Shown: positions 1 through 9,008, counted from the first letter of the stretch. The stretch is 64,000 nt of DNA from an uncultured Candidatus Saccharibacteria bacterium (GCA_964450805.1 CAYVDD010000001.1:254365-318364); one strand, 5' to 3'. Notes: generated by a model not told the origin, from the letters alone. Numbers and translations are program-made.

Positions 1-961
1 AGAATCATCTCCAATGCCAATTTTAAAAGATATTGTTGTCTGGATGTCAGACAAGCCAATTATAAGGAGCCTGGCTCAATATTTCTTGGGATTAATGATG
101 GCAGCTCAAAGAACAATCTTTGGAAATACTGTTTATTTTATGGGCATGGTTTCAGCTTCTGGTTGGTGGTATTACTTTCCAGTTGTTTACTTCCTAAAGG
201 TTCCTTTAGGATTCCATATTTTAGCTTTAATTGCTCTTTTAATGAGTCTTTTAGCAATAAAAAGGCCTTTATGGGTAAGAACAACACAAAGGCTTAAAGA
301 ATGCATATTGAATAATTTCACTGCCTTTTCAATGATGATGTTTCTTTTGATTTACTGGACAGCTTCTATTTTAGGAAGCTTGAATATTGGAGTAAGGCAT
401 ATTCTTCCTGTTTTTCCTTTTACATATATTCTGGTGGGCTTAGCTTTAAAATATGGAATTGAAAAAATACAATCATTAAAACTTAAAAATGCAGTGAATT
501 GGCTTGTAATTTTTCTGTTGGGATCTTATATACTTTCTTCTTTAAACACTTATCCTTATTATCTGTCATATTTTAATGAAATAGCTGGGGGAACTGATAA
601 TGGATACAAATATGTGGTTGATTCAAACTATGACTGGGGACAGGATCTAAAAAGATTAAATCAGTATCTTGAAGAAAACAACATTAAAAGAATAAAGATT
701 GATTATTTTGGAGGATCAGACCTGAATTATTATCTTGGTGATAAATGGGAAAGGTTTAATGTTTTTTCTGGACCTCAACAAGGCTGGCTTGCTGTTTCAG
801 CAACCCTTCTTCAGGGAGGCAAAGGAAATCCAGTGCCTAATTTTACCCAGCCATCAGGTTATTACAAATGGCTTGATGACTACGAGCCAGTTGCAAGAGC
901 TGGAAAATCAATATTTATTTATTATATTTCCGGAGACTCATTTGTACTTAAAGGGCGCTAA
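1..961 (+). CDS. GT-C fold glycosyltransferase (PMT/ArnT-like), C-terminal part; the ORF is open to the window start, so it is partial
   Basis: The frame is open from position 2. The N-terminal part is multi-TM hydrophobic and the C-terminal part is a soluble domain. The composition resembles dolichyl-phosphate-mannose/4-amino-arabinose transferase family proteins. Confidence 0.45.
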   Translation, partial: ESSPMPILKDIVVWMSDKPIIRSLAQYFLGLMMAAQRTIFGNTVYFMGMVSASGWWYYFPVVYFLKVPLGFHILALIALLMSLLAIKRPLWVRTTQRLKECILNNFTAFSMMMFLLIYWTASILGSLNIGVRHILPVFPFTYILVGLALKYGIEKIQSLKLKNAVNWLVIFLLGSYILSSLNTYPYYLSYFNEIAGGTDNGYKYVVDSNYDWGQDLKRLNQYLEENNIKRIKIDYFGGSDLNYYLGDKWERFNVFSGPQQGWLAVSATLLQGGKGNPVPNFTQPSGYYKWLDDYEPVARAGKSIFIYYISGDSFVLKGR

Positions 962-1729
962 ATCGCCAAACCTAAGTTCAATATAATCAAGCCGATTTCT
1001 ATTTTCCAAAGGAACGTGTTCTTTTAAAATTGCCTCTAATTTTGTCAGCTGCCAATTAATATCTTTTTGAGGATTAAAATAGATTTCCCAAGCTTCGTCT
1101 GTTAAAATATTAATTCTTTCATTGGAAATTATTAAAGCTTTTTCAGCTTTAACATTTAATTCAGTTAAAACTGAAAAAATTTTTAAAATTTTTAAAACTA
1201 AATCCTTTTCCATTACTTGTTCTCCAGGTTTGAATTGCTTTTCATTGTTTAATTTCTCAATCTTTGGTAATTGAGATTCCTGCAGTAGAGGTTCAAAAAT
1301 CACTGCTTCTTGATCAATCAAAAAACAATTCTCATCATTATTGCAAAATACTGCCACTCCAAATCTTTCTATTACAATTACATTCAAGCTTTTAGGAAAA
1401 CTTTTGCTTATTTCTAAATCACTTATTTGAGGAAATGTATTTAAAGCTTGTTTCTTTATTTCAGTAATATTTGCTAAAAAAATGCTTTTTGTTGGAATAA
1501 ATAACACGCTTTTTTTAATTCTATTTTCAATTATTTCTAAAATACTTTGTTTTGAAATTTTTTCATTCCCTGAAATTATGATTTTTTCAATCTGAAAATA
1601 CTGAGAAAAAATTAAAGCATAAATAGCTAAAACAGAAAAAATAAAACCAAAAAAACCTGGCCAGAAATACTTTTTTTTGAAAAATGGTTTTTTTCTTTTA
1701 ATTCTGTGGGGTTTGCGGTATTTTCTCAT
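938..1729 (-). CDS. ftsQ: Cell division protein FtsQ/DivIB-like (N-terminal TM helix plus POTRA domain)
   Basis: Basic N-terminus, one TM helix, then a POTRA-like segment 'IEKIIISGNEKISKQSILE'. The size of 263 aa fits. Confidence 0.5.
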   Translation of the reverse strand: MRKYRKPHRIKRKKPFFKKKYFWPGFFGFIFSVLAIYALIFSQYFQIEKIIISGNEKISKQSILEIIENRIKKSVLFIPTKSIFLANITEIKKQALNTFPQISDLEISKSFPKSLNVIVIERFGVAVFCNNDENCFLIDQEAVIFEPLLQESQLPKIEKLNNEKQFKPGEQVMEKDLVLKILKIFSVLTELNVKAEKALIISNERINILTDEAWEIYFNPQKDINWQLTKLEAILKEHVPLENRNRLDYIELRFGDLAPFKYK

Positions 1730-2168
1730 ATTTTTTTAAAAAATTTATTAATTCATCTTCAGTTCTTGCAATGTAATCTAAAGAAACTTTTAACATTGGA
1801 TTTAATTTTGAACCAAGAAAAGCTGCCCGAATATCTGTATGTAAGCCCACTAATAATTTATTGTTTTTTTGTAAACGCTTTTGACAATACGCAACACCTA
1901 ATTCCATGCAAGCTCCTTCATCTGGCACCCTACCATCCAATATGACAAGAAAAATATCTGCTTCAAGTATTTTTTCTATATCAAGCTCAAACATTTTCTG
2001 CCTCTTTTCTTCCTTTTCCATTGATTTATAAGACTCTTTGTCGCTTTCTACTCCATCTCTTTGCGGAAGAAAAACATCATAACCAATTAATTCTAATTTT
2101 TCAGTTAAAGCTGAATTAAGCTCTTTTTCTGTTTTGTTAAACAATGGACCTGCAAAATATATCAACAT
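1698..2168 (-). CDS. Nucleoside 2-deoxyribosyltransferase family protein (PF05014-like)
   Basis: Motifs 'IYFAGPLF', 'DVFLPQRDG' and 'ADIFLVILDG...DEGACMELGVAY' match the NDT/DNPH1 Rossmannoid family. Confidence 0.7.
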   Translation of the reverse strand: MLIYFAGPLFNKTEKELNSALTEKLELIGYDVFLPQRDGVESDKESYKSMEKEEKRQKMFELDIEKILEADIFLVILDGRVPDEGACMELGVAYCQKRLQKNNKLLVGLHTDIRAAFLGSKLNPMLKVSLDYIARTEDELINFLKKYEKIPQTPQN

Positions 2169-2421
2169 AGTCTTATTCTATCAAAAAACCGCTTATAGAG
2201 CGATTTTGCATTTATTCATTTTTTGATCTTGTTGTTTTAACTATATTAAAACTAAAAAAATTTTTAGCATCACCACTAAGTAAGTTATTCTTTTGAGTCC
2301 TACAATTCTCCCCCTGTTGGACGCGTTCAGAACCATTGACTGGGTAGAAATAAAAGAAAATCTAATAAAATTAGATTTAGTAAAAATTTAAATAAAAAAA
2401 CCTCATTTCTTCGAACCTGTT

Positions 2422-3054
2422 TTAATCTAAAAATCTAAAAGTAGAAAGTATTTGGTTGAATATCTCTAAATCTTTATTGAATTGGCTCGTACTCCCTGAT
2501 ACACCATAAAGCCTGTAAAACTTATTTCCTTTAATAAATTCTATAGAGGCGGGTCCTCCCATCCAAACTTTCAAGTCTAAATTTCCTATTTTTCTTATTG
2601 TTACTTTATTTAGCCTTTCTTGTTTTAATCGCTCTGCAATATCTTCGTTCGAGGAATAATAACCTTGCTTAATCCAATCCTCGATTGATAAAGCGTTTCT
2701 AGAGTTTTCAAGAATAAGTATTTTAAAAGAACTTCCATTTTCTGTAAGAGGACCTCCACCAGCAACTATTACTTTTTCTTTAATATTTTCGATAAGAATA
2801 TTTTCCAAACAACCCTCAAATCCACATTCCAACCTATATTCTTCTTTTAAAAACCAATCCGAAGGATACTTTATTTCGTATTTAACCCTCTCGTTTCTAT
2901 AAGTTTTCCAATCAGCTGTTCCGTCTTTTATTTTTTCTAAAACATCCTGTATCTCTGGATATTGCCAAATAAATCCTCCAACTAAAACACTTAAAGCTAA
3001 AATAATTCCTATTGCTAATAGAGTAGATATTCCTTTATTAATAAAGTTTTTCAT
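2422..3054 (-). CDS. Hypothetical membrane-anchored or secreted protein
   Basis: N-terminal signal-anchor helix and no recognisable catalytic motif. Confidence 0.35.
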   Translation of the reverse strand: MKNFINKGISTLLAIGIILALSVLVGGFIWQYPEIQDVLEKIKDGTADWKTYRNERVKYEIKYPSDWFLKEEYRLECGFEGCLENILIENIKEKVIVAGGGPLTENGSSFKILILENSRNALSIEDWIKQGYYSSNEDIAERLKQERLNKVTIRKIGNLDLKVWMGGPASIEFIKGNKFYRLYGVSGSTSQFNKDLEIFNQILSTFRFLD

Positions 3055-3315
3055 ATATTTTATTCTATCAAAAAATACCCATTAAATCACCTCTTAAAAT
3101 TTACCATTTTATCTATTTGTTTGGCAAATTCTTCGATACTTCAAAGAATAAATTGTCAAAAAGAATTCGTGTAATGGCACGAGAGTGAAAAAATAATGTA
3201 CCGAGAAAATATTTATAAAATTTTAAAAAAACGTTTTTCTTACTATAATATTCAAGCCAGCTAAACCTAAAACTGGGAATTTTCATATTAAATTTCTTTA
3301 AAAAATTCCTCGTTA

Positions 3316-3870
3316 TTAGTAAAGAACAGTATGAAAACCAAGCTTCTTTGCCGCTTTTACATTGTCGTAATTATCATCAATAAAAAGACATTTATTAGAA
3401 TTGGTGTTGATTTCTTTAAGCATATATATAAATATCCTAGAGTCCGGTTTTGAAAATCCAATCTCAGCTGAATTAAATACACGATCAAAATCATTATAAA
3501 TTTTAAATCGCTCTTTAAGAAGGATATCTAAGATAGCAGTGCTATTTGACAAAGCATAGATTTTATAATCTTTTCTTTTTTCTCTAATCCAATCTATTAA
3601 AGGTTGGTTTAATTTTTCAGTTCGAAAAAAAGTATTGGTAGCTTCTTTGTACTGATTAAAGCTTAAAATATGAGAAAAATTCTCTAAAAAATATTTTTTA
3701 AGATCAAGATTTTTATGCACGCTCATTTTATCAAAACAATCTCGTAATACCTTCGCAGTAGTTCCTTTTTTTAAAGACCACTTTTTATCAAATTCTGCAT
3801 AATTAACCTTTTCACTTGTTATAACTACACCCCCTATGTCAAATATTAAATTTTTAATTTCTGGATTCAT
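3316..3870 (-). CDS. HAD-superfamily hydrolase-like protein
   Basis: Motif I-like 'LIFDIGGVV', an 'ALSNS' motif II, a conserved Lys and 'FIDDNYDNV' (motif IV, DD). Confidence 0.55.
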   Translation of the reverse strand: MNPEIKNLIFDIGGVVITSEKVNYAEFDKKWSLKKGTTAKVLRDCFDKMSVHKNLDLKKYFLENFSHILSFNQYKEATNTFFRTEKLNQPLIDWIREKRKDYKIYALSNSTAILDILLKERFKIYNDFDRVFNSAEIGFSKPDSRIFIYMLKEINTNSNKCLFIDDNYDNVKAAKKLGFHTVLY

Positions 3871-3887
3871 ATAATGAATAATTATTA

Positions 3888-3918
3888 TTTAAAAAAAATA
3901 AGTAGGCTAAAGCCTACA
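3888..3918 (-). terminator. Rho-independent terminator downstream of the PD-(D/E)XK nuclease gene
   Basis: Hairpin gtaggc-taaa-gcctac, followed on the minus strand by a U-run (A9 on the plus strand at 3891-3899). Confidence 0.5.
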
Positions 3919-4026
3919 TTTAGGTTGGCTTAAGCTCATTGGAGCAAAAGCACTAGCTGGACCAAATTTTTTATCAGGACATCCTTCCCATCGCTCATAG
4001 AGCGATTTTTAAATTTTAATGTTTTT

Positions 4027-4812
4027 TTACAAACCAAAAGTTTTTTGCCAATGATTATTGCCTTCTTGTTTAACTAATCTCTCGCGCTTACAATGTTCAC
4101 ATTCCTCACCAGCATTAGGAACTACATCAGAATCAAGGCATTTTTTAATATCTAAAATAGCAGAATCAATCCATGAATCGTTTCCATTATAAGGTAAGAT
4201 TGAAGCTTTAAACTCTAATTTTCCATCAAATTTAGGATTATTTTTACTGGCATTAACAAATAAGAAATATCCTGTGTTTAAAACATTAAAACCCATTTGC
4301 CTGAATATCCATTGATAAACCTCCATCTGCTTCTTATAACCCTGCTTATACTCATCATCTAAAGAAATCTCTCTGCTCGTGCTTGTTGCCTTATAATCAA
4401 CAATATATAACTCTTTGGTTTTTTGATTAATCCAGACATCATCAACAATACCGCAAATCTCTAACTTGCTTTTTTCATGAAGCACACAAGCTCCAACATA
4501 CTTATAATAATCATCTCTCCAGATTGGTAAATCTTTATGTTTAAAGGGTACAGCATCTATACCATACTCTGTCATTAATACATGAGATTCTCCATTTTTT
4601 CTTAACAAATCAAATTCTTTTTTAAGCAAATGATCAACAGCACTATTTAATGCCCAGCCAGGCATACTTGGTCTTCCCAACCCCATTCTTCTGTCTAAAT
4701 AAAAACAGCGAGGACATTCTAAAAAAAGATCTATCTTTGAACGACTTATTCTGAAAGGCTCTTTTAAATCGGGACTATATATATTTTTTTGTCTTTTTTT
4801 ATATTTATTCAT
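4027..4812 (-). CDS. PD-(D/E)XK nuclease, Cas4/RecB(AddB)-nuclease-domain-like, with a 4-Cys cluster signature
   Basis: Motif II 'GIVDDVW', motif III 'IVDYKAT', Q-motif 'QMEVYQW', an N-terminal 'CPRC' and a C-terminal 'CEHC'. Confidence 0.6.
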   Translation of the reverse strand: MNKYKKRQKNIYSPDLKEPFRISRSKIDLFLECPRCFYLDRRMGLGRPSMPGWALNSAVDHLLKKEFDLLRKNGESHVLMTEYGIDAVPFKHKDLPIWRDDYYKYVGACVLHEKSKLEICGIVDDVWINQKTKELYIVDYKATSTSREISLDDEYKQGYKKQMEVYQWIFRQMGFNVLNTGYFLFVNASKNNPKFDGKLEFKASILPYNGNDSWIDSAILDIKKCLDSDVVPNAGEECEHCKRERLVKQEGNNHWQKTFGL

Positions 4813-4944
4813 TTTTTTTGATTTTTAAATTATTCTAGCCACATTAACATTAAAAAACAAATCTTGGTATCGCTACCAAATAAAAAATTAATTTACTTTA
4901 AATCATTTGATAGAAAAATTAGGTTTTTTAAAAAGAGATTTTTT

Positions 4945-5559
4945 CTATAAAAACGGAAGAAATTTTTGCTTTGTTAAATTTTTTAACTTCATACCAACAG
5001 AAGACGTTGTTAATTTAGATATTCTATTTAAAGACTTACCCAATTCATCTATAGGTAGTTTAGGATTAAATAAATGTGTGTCTGATCCAAATCTTTTAAG
5101 AAAAGATTCTTTTTTATTTTTATAATTGTCATCTGTTTCCGCTTCCTCTGCTATTTTTCCAAGAATATCTTGAATGCAATTCCCTTTATGTAATATTTGA
5201 TTATATACATTTTTTCTAAGCTCTTCTAACGCCTTTTCGGCTAACTTAGATTTAGAAAAAAAGTTATTTATTAAATCCCATTCATCTGGATCAAAATCAT
5301 GTATAAAAAGATGTCCGTACTTTTCCCAATTATTCGTAGGAAGGATCGATGTATTTTTTATCTCACTTTTACTAATCGGAGACGACATTAAGTAGTCAAC
5401 TACCTTTTCGACATTTCTAATCTCATTAAGAACGATGCTCGCTATTTCTCTCTTATCATCACTTCTTCTTTTAAAATAAATCAAAAAAGTTAATCCACCA
5501 ACGATAATGGCAGTTAATCCTATAAACAAATTTGAGTTTAAAAAAGTTAATATGTTCAT
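4945..5559 (-). CDS. Hypothetical protein with an N-terminal TM helix
   Basis: Hydrophobic segment 'LFIGLTAIIVGGLTFLIYF'. The 4-nt gap to the upstream Ntn-hydrolase gene suggests an operon. Confidence 0.4.
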   Translation of the reverse strand: MNILTFLNSNLFIGLTAIIVGGLTFLIYFKRRSDDKREIASIVLNEIRNVEKVVDYLMSSPISKSEIKNTSILPTNNWEKYGHLFIHDFDPDEWDLINNFFSKSKLAEKALEELRKNVYNQILHKGNCIQDILGKIAEEAETDDNYKNKKESFLKRFGSDTHLFNPKLPIDELGKSLNRISKLTTSSVGMKLKNLTKQKFLPFL

Positions 5560-5562
5560 AAT

Positions 5563-6552
5563 CTATAAATTTGGTTCTTTATCTAAATCTAGTTCTATAT
5601 CTCCAATCCTCAGCCTTTTTTTACTAACCCAAACAAAACCCTTCTCTGGACTTATAACAGCGACATCAACAGGTCCACCTACTCCGGGTATATCTCCTGG
5701 GCTAGCTTTAATACCGTCTGAAAATCGTTGAATCGCTGAGGTAGTTTGAATCATCAACACACAAAAATCAATTGCATCTTGAAGAGTCATTGTTCCCCAT
5801 TGAATATGATATTCTAAATTTCTAAGTTGCCTGTTTATTTCTTCCTTGTTGTTATTCTGAATTGCATCTTGAACAAATTTAATATTACTAATCCTGCCAT
5901 CCCAACCTAACACAATCCTTGAAACAACATCTATTTGCCCCGTCCAAGAAGCTCCATATTCTTTGCCTTTTTCTCGACTATCTCTCAGTTTTTGAATCTC
6001 ACCAGGAACACGACAGCTGTAAACTTCATGTGAACTATCTTTATTATAACCAGCCACCAGAAAACTAATTGGATCAACTTTAGCTGCACCATTTTTTATA
6101 TTACCTTGAGGGTCTTTAAAGCGAAATTTTAGGAGATATTGTTCTTTTTTAACCTCTATAACTTCACAGCCCTGTCTTTGAAGATCATTTTTGATTTTAT
6201 TTGGTAATTTTTCCAATTGCTCTTCCCACTTATATTTTTTATTAAACAAATAATGTATTTTTTCAGCAACATCTCTTACATTTAATTCTTCTATTCTTTC
6301 ACTCTGCTCAAGTTTGAACTGATCAATAAATTTACTAATACTTTTCATTATTCCATCTTCTGGTAAAAATGCTAAACCAGTCACTGCTACACCAACTCTT
6401 TTATTTAATTGAAAAAGCTTAGAAGCATTATCACTTCCAATGCGCGCCATTCCTTTTTTATTACGATAACTTTGCCTACTATCAGCTGCCAGAACCAAAC
6501 CAGCTGGTGTTGTAGAATTTATGACTAATGACATAATAGTTATTCTTATCAC
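5563..6552 (-). CDS. Ntn-hydrolase of proteasome beta-subunit/HslV type with a large internal insertion
   Basis: N-terminal 'STTPAGLVLAADSRQS...KLFQL...GVAVTGLA' resembles the proteasome beta Thr1 region 'TT(I/V)xG..D.VvlAaD.R.t'. C-terminal 'PGVGGPVDVAVISPEKG' resembles the last proteasome strands. The ~130 aa between them has no match. Confidence 0.4.
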   Translation of the reverse strand: MIRITIMSLVINSTTPAGLVLAADSRQSYRNKKGMARIGSDNASKLFQLNKRVGVAVTGLAFLPEDGIMKSISKFIDQFKLEQSERIEELNVRDVAEKIHYLFNKKYKWEEQLEKLPNKIKNDLQRQGCEVIEVKKEQYLLKFRFKDPQGNIKNGAAKVDPISFLVAGYNKDSSHEVYSCRVPGEIQKLRDSREKGKEYGASWTGQIDVVSRIVLGWDGRISNIKFVQDAIQNNNKEEINRQLRNLEYHIQWGTMTLQDAIDFCVLMIQTTSAIQRFSDGIKASPGDIPGVGGPVDVAVISPEKGFVWVSKKRLRIGDIELDLDKEPNL

Positions 6553-6583
6553 ACTCCAGAAACCCTATCAAGTTTATTACTAA

Positions 6584-6787
6584 TTATAATATTGTCATTT
6601 TTGGATCACGAGAGTCAATTTCATCAACTTTTTTCGACATTTCCTCAACTCCCTTATAACAATTTTCGAAAAGCTTGACCCATGAGTTCATTGATAATCC
6701 TTCTGGTTTAATTTGTCGTGAGGAATATCCAGAAATCCAAGCCTCTACCAATCTGAGGGCCTGTTTTGTTTTCTCTTCTTTTTCCAT
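6584..6787 (-). CDS. Small hypothetical protein (67 aa), first gene of the minus-strand operon
   Basis: This ORF sits just upstream of, and on the same strand as, the Ntn hydrolase. It is divergent from the LexA-MTase gene. Confidence 0.3.
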   Translation of the reverse strand: MEKEEKTKQALRLVEAWISGYSSRQIKPEGLSMNSWVKLFENCYKGVEEMSKKVDEIDSRDPKMTIL

Positions 6788-6843
6788 GTTGCTATATTTT
6801 TAATTTTTAATATTAATGCCGACCTTTTAAAAGTTTTCCACAG

Positions 6844-6881
6844 TTGACACTGTTTTATGTTCGGTAAATGTTCGGTATAAT
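6844..6881 (+). promoter_or_regulatory. Divergent promoter/operator region: tandem direct repeat ATGTTCGGTAA/ATGTTCGGTAT overlapping a TATAAT -10 element
   Basis: TTGACA at 6844-6849. Repeats at 6857-6866 and 6868-6877. TATAAT at 6876-6881, about 35 nt upstream of the LexA-MTase ATG. Confidence 0.35.
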
Positions 6882-6916
6882 ACATTAATAATATCAACCA
6901 TAAAAAATCACGTCAA

Positions 6917-8392
6917 ATGTTAACAAAAAGACAAAAACAAATTCTTGATTACATTCAAAAATTTATAGAAAAAAAGGGCTATTCCCCATCTTTTGAAAAA
7001 GTGGCGAAGCACTTTAAATTAGTCAAATCTACTATTCATCAACATATTGAAACTTTAAAAAGTAAGGGGTACTTAAAAAATCAACCAAGAATTATAGAGA
7101 TATCTAAAAATAAAAAATTTCAAGAATTGGTACAGATTCCAATATTAGGAACTATCGCTGCTGGACAACCAATAGAAATAATAAGAGACAAAGAATTTAT
7201 TAAAGTGGCTAAATCTAGACTATCTTCGTCTGGTGAACATTATGCTCTTAAAGTTCAAGGAGATAGCATGATAGATGAAGGAATTCACGATTCTGATGTT
7301 GTAATAATTAAAAAACAATCTTATGCAGAAGATGGAGAAACAATAGTTGCTTTGACTAACTATGACGAAGTTACTTTAAAAAAAATCTATAAAGAAAAAG
7401 ATGGATTTCGTTTACAACCAGCTAACCCAAAGCTAAAACCAATTTTTGTAAAAGAATTAATTATTCAAGGCAAAGTTATTAGCGTAATTAAAAATTACAA
7501 AGAACTAAAAGAAAAAATAAAGGCTAAATTAAAAGTTAAAATTAGAACAAGCAAAACGCCAAAAAAAAATATAAAAAAACATCTAAATAAAGTATTTCTT
7601 GGAGATATTATGAATCTTCTAAAAGAGCTACCCAATGAAAGTGTAGATATGGTTTTTGGAGATCCTGATTATAATGTTGGTATAAAATACAGAGATAAAA
7701 GTTATACAAGAAACTTCAACGAATATATTGAATGGTATATTGATTTAATAAAAGAATCTATGAGAGTTTTAAGAAAAGATGGAAATTTATTCACAATGAA
7801 TTATCCCAAACAAAATGCACATTTAAGAGTGAAATATTTAGACAACACATATCCTTTAATTCATGAATATGTATGGACTTACAATACAAATGTAGGTCAT
7901 TCTTCAAAACGTTTCACTACTGGACATAGAAACATCTTACATGTCAGAAAAAGTAAAAATAATAAATTTTACAAAAATAATGTAGCATTACCTTATAAGA
8001 ATCCGACGGATAGAAGAATTTTAAAAAATTTAAGAAATGGATCAAAGGGTAGAATGCCTTATTCTTGGTTCTATTTCAATCTTGTTAAAAATGTTAGTAA
8101 AGAAAAAACTTGTCATGCTTGTCAAATACCTCAAAAACTTACGGAAATGTTAATAAAATCTTGCACAATGCCAAACGACATGGTTTTAATTCTTTTTGGT
8201 GGAAGTGGAGCTGAATTAGAAGTATGCAAGAGAACAAAAAGACAATATATTTCTGCTGAAATAGATGAAAAATATTACGAAATGATTAAAGATAGATTAA
8301 AAAATGGTTGTATTAAAAAAGAATACAAGCTAAAACTTAGAAATCCTATAAAACCTAAGGAAAGCTTGTCGCTTTTTAGTAAAGAGGTATAA
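6917..8392 (+). CDS. Fusion protein: full-length LexA repressor (wHTH plus S24 autopeptidase) fused to a beta-class N6-adenine/N4-cytosine DNA methyltransferase (PF01555-like)
   Basis: LexA part: N-terminal HTH, cleavage-site-like 'IAAGQP', catalytic 'QGDSM' and 'TLKKI' (Ser/Lys dyad). A Lys-rich linker follows. MTase part: 'VDMVFGDPDYN' (motif IV, DPPY-type) precedes 'HACQIPQKL...LILFGGSGA' (motif I FxGxG), which is the beta-class order. Confidence 0.75.
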   Translation: MLTKRQKQILDYIQKFIEKKGYSPSFEKVAKHFKLVKSTIHQHIETLKSKGYLKNQPRIIEISKNKKFQELVQIPILGTIAAGQPIEIIRDKEFIKVAKSRLSSSGEHYALKVQGDSMIDEGIHDSDVVIIKKQSYAEDGETIVALTNYDEVTLKKIYKEKDGFRLQPANPKLKPIFVKELIIQGKVISVIKNYKELKEKIKAKLKVKIRTSKTPKKNIKKHLNKVFLGDIMNLLKELPNESVDMVFGDPDYNVGIKYRDKSYTRNFNEYIEWYIDLIKESMRVLRKDGNLFTMNYPKQNAHLRVKYLDNTYPLIHEYVWTYNTNVGHSSKRFTTGHRNILHVRKSKNNKFYKNNVALPYKNPTDRRILKNLRNGSKGRMPYSWFYFNLVKNVSKEKTCHACQIPQKLTEMLIKSCTMPNDMVLILFGGSGAELEVCKRTKRQYISAEIDEKYYEMIKDRLKNGCIKKEYKLKLRNPIKPKESLSLFSKEV

Positions 8393-9008
8393 TTTTTTTA
8401 ACTTCCTTATAATTAAAATCTTCTCTTTCTAGTAAAACAAGAGCCGCAAAAAATTTAGCTCTTCCAGCTCCACCACTAGTTGGTTTGTCATTTTTGTTTC
8501 TTAAAACATATCTAACTGGAGAATTAACATCTTTCCAACTAAACTTATAATTAAAATCTTCTTGTATCCATATCCATTTTAACATCAACAAGTAAAGCTT
8601 AGAATCAATTCCAGGCAATCTTGGTAAGTTCTTTGGTGTGGTATTATTTTTATAAACTTTCTCTATCGCTTTCCAAAACTTTTTACTCTTTTTTTTATTT
8701 TCTTGAAAATCGTTCATCATTTCTGCAAAAGTGAATTTACTTGTATTAAGCTCTTTGCCTTTTTTATATGGTACAACTTCAAAATCGTACAGGTTGGTCC
8801 ATAAAGCAGAATTGCTTCTAACTATCTTTAAATTTCTCTTTTTAATTTTTTTACCTGGATAACGAAGCCCAACTATAGGGTTCTTTTTTGTTCCTTCCAC
8901 AATAAATAGGATTGAGCCTGCAGCTTTTTCTCGATAAGGAGCTAATGCTTGGGCTACTTCTTGATAAATTCTTTTTGGATTTTTAATTTTTAATTCTATA
9001 ATTTTCAT
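8376..9008 (-). CDS. Hypothetical protein (210 aa), translationally coupled to the femAB-like gene
   Basis: ATGA start/stop overlap with the upstream femAB-like gene. It is convergent with the MTase, overlapping it by 17 nt. No firm motif; a D/E-x-K-like segment 'YDFEVVPYKK' is present. Confidence 0.35.
   Translation of the reverse strand: MKIIELKIKNPKRIYQEVAQALAPYREKAAGSILFIVEGTKKNPIVGLRYPGKKIKKRNLKIVRSNSALWTNLYDFEVVPYKKGKELNTSKFTFAEMMNDFQENKKKSKKFWKAIEKVYKNNTTPKNLPRLPGIDSKLYLLMLKWIWIQEDFNYKFSWKDVNSPVRYVLRNKNDKPTSGGAGRAKFFAALVLLEREDFNYKEVKKIIPLY

Noticed and set aside
2169-2421. Intergenic 250-nt region as a candidate SRP RNA, tmRNA or 6S RNA
   Set aside because: It lacks the SRP domain IV motif and tmRNA tRNA-like ends or a tag ORF. 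It has only a weak hairpin plus U-run consistent with a terminator.
2180-4010. Repeated 13-mer ATAGAGCGATTTT in hairpins at 2186-2207 and 3990-4010 as a possible small mobile or repeat element
   Set aside because: There are only two copies. Both look like ordinary intergenic hairpins (terminator-like). There are no flanking direct repeats or other element features.
8376-9008. The 210-aa ORF as the restriction endonuclease partner of the MTase (convergent, overlapping)
   Set aside because: No confident PD-(D/E)XK/HNH/GIY-YIG motif could be placed. The gene is translationally coupled (ATGA) to the femAB-like gene upstream, which favours membership of the cell-wall operon. It is kept as a low-interest finding only.
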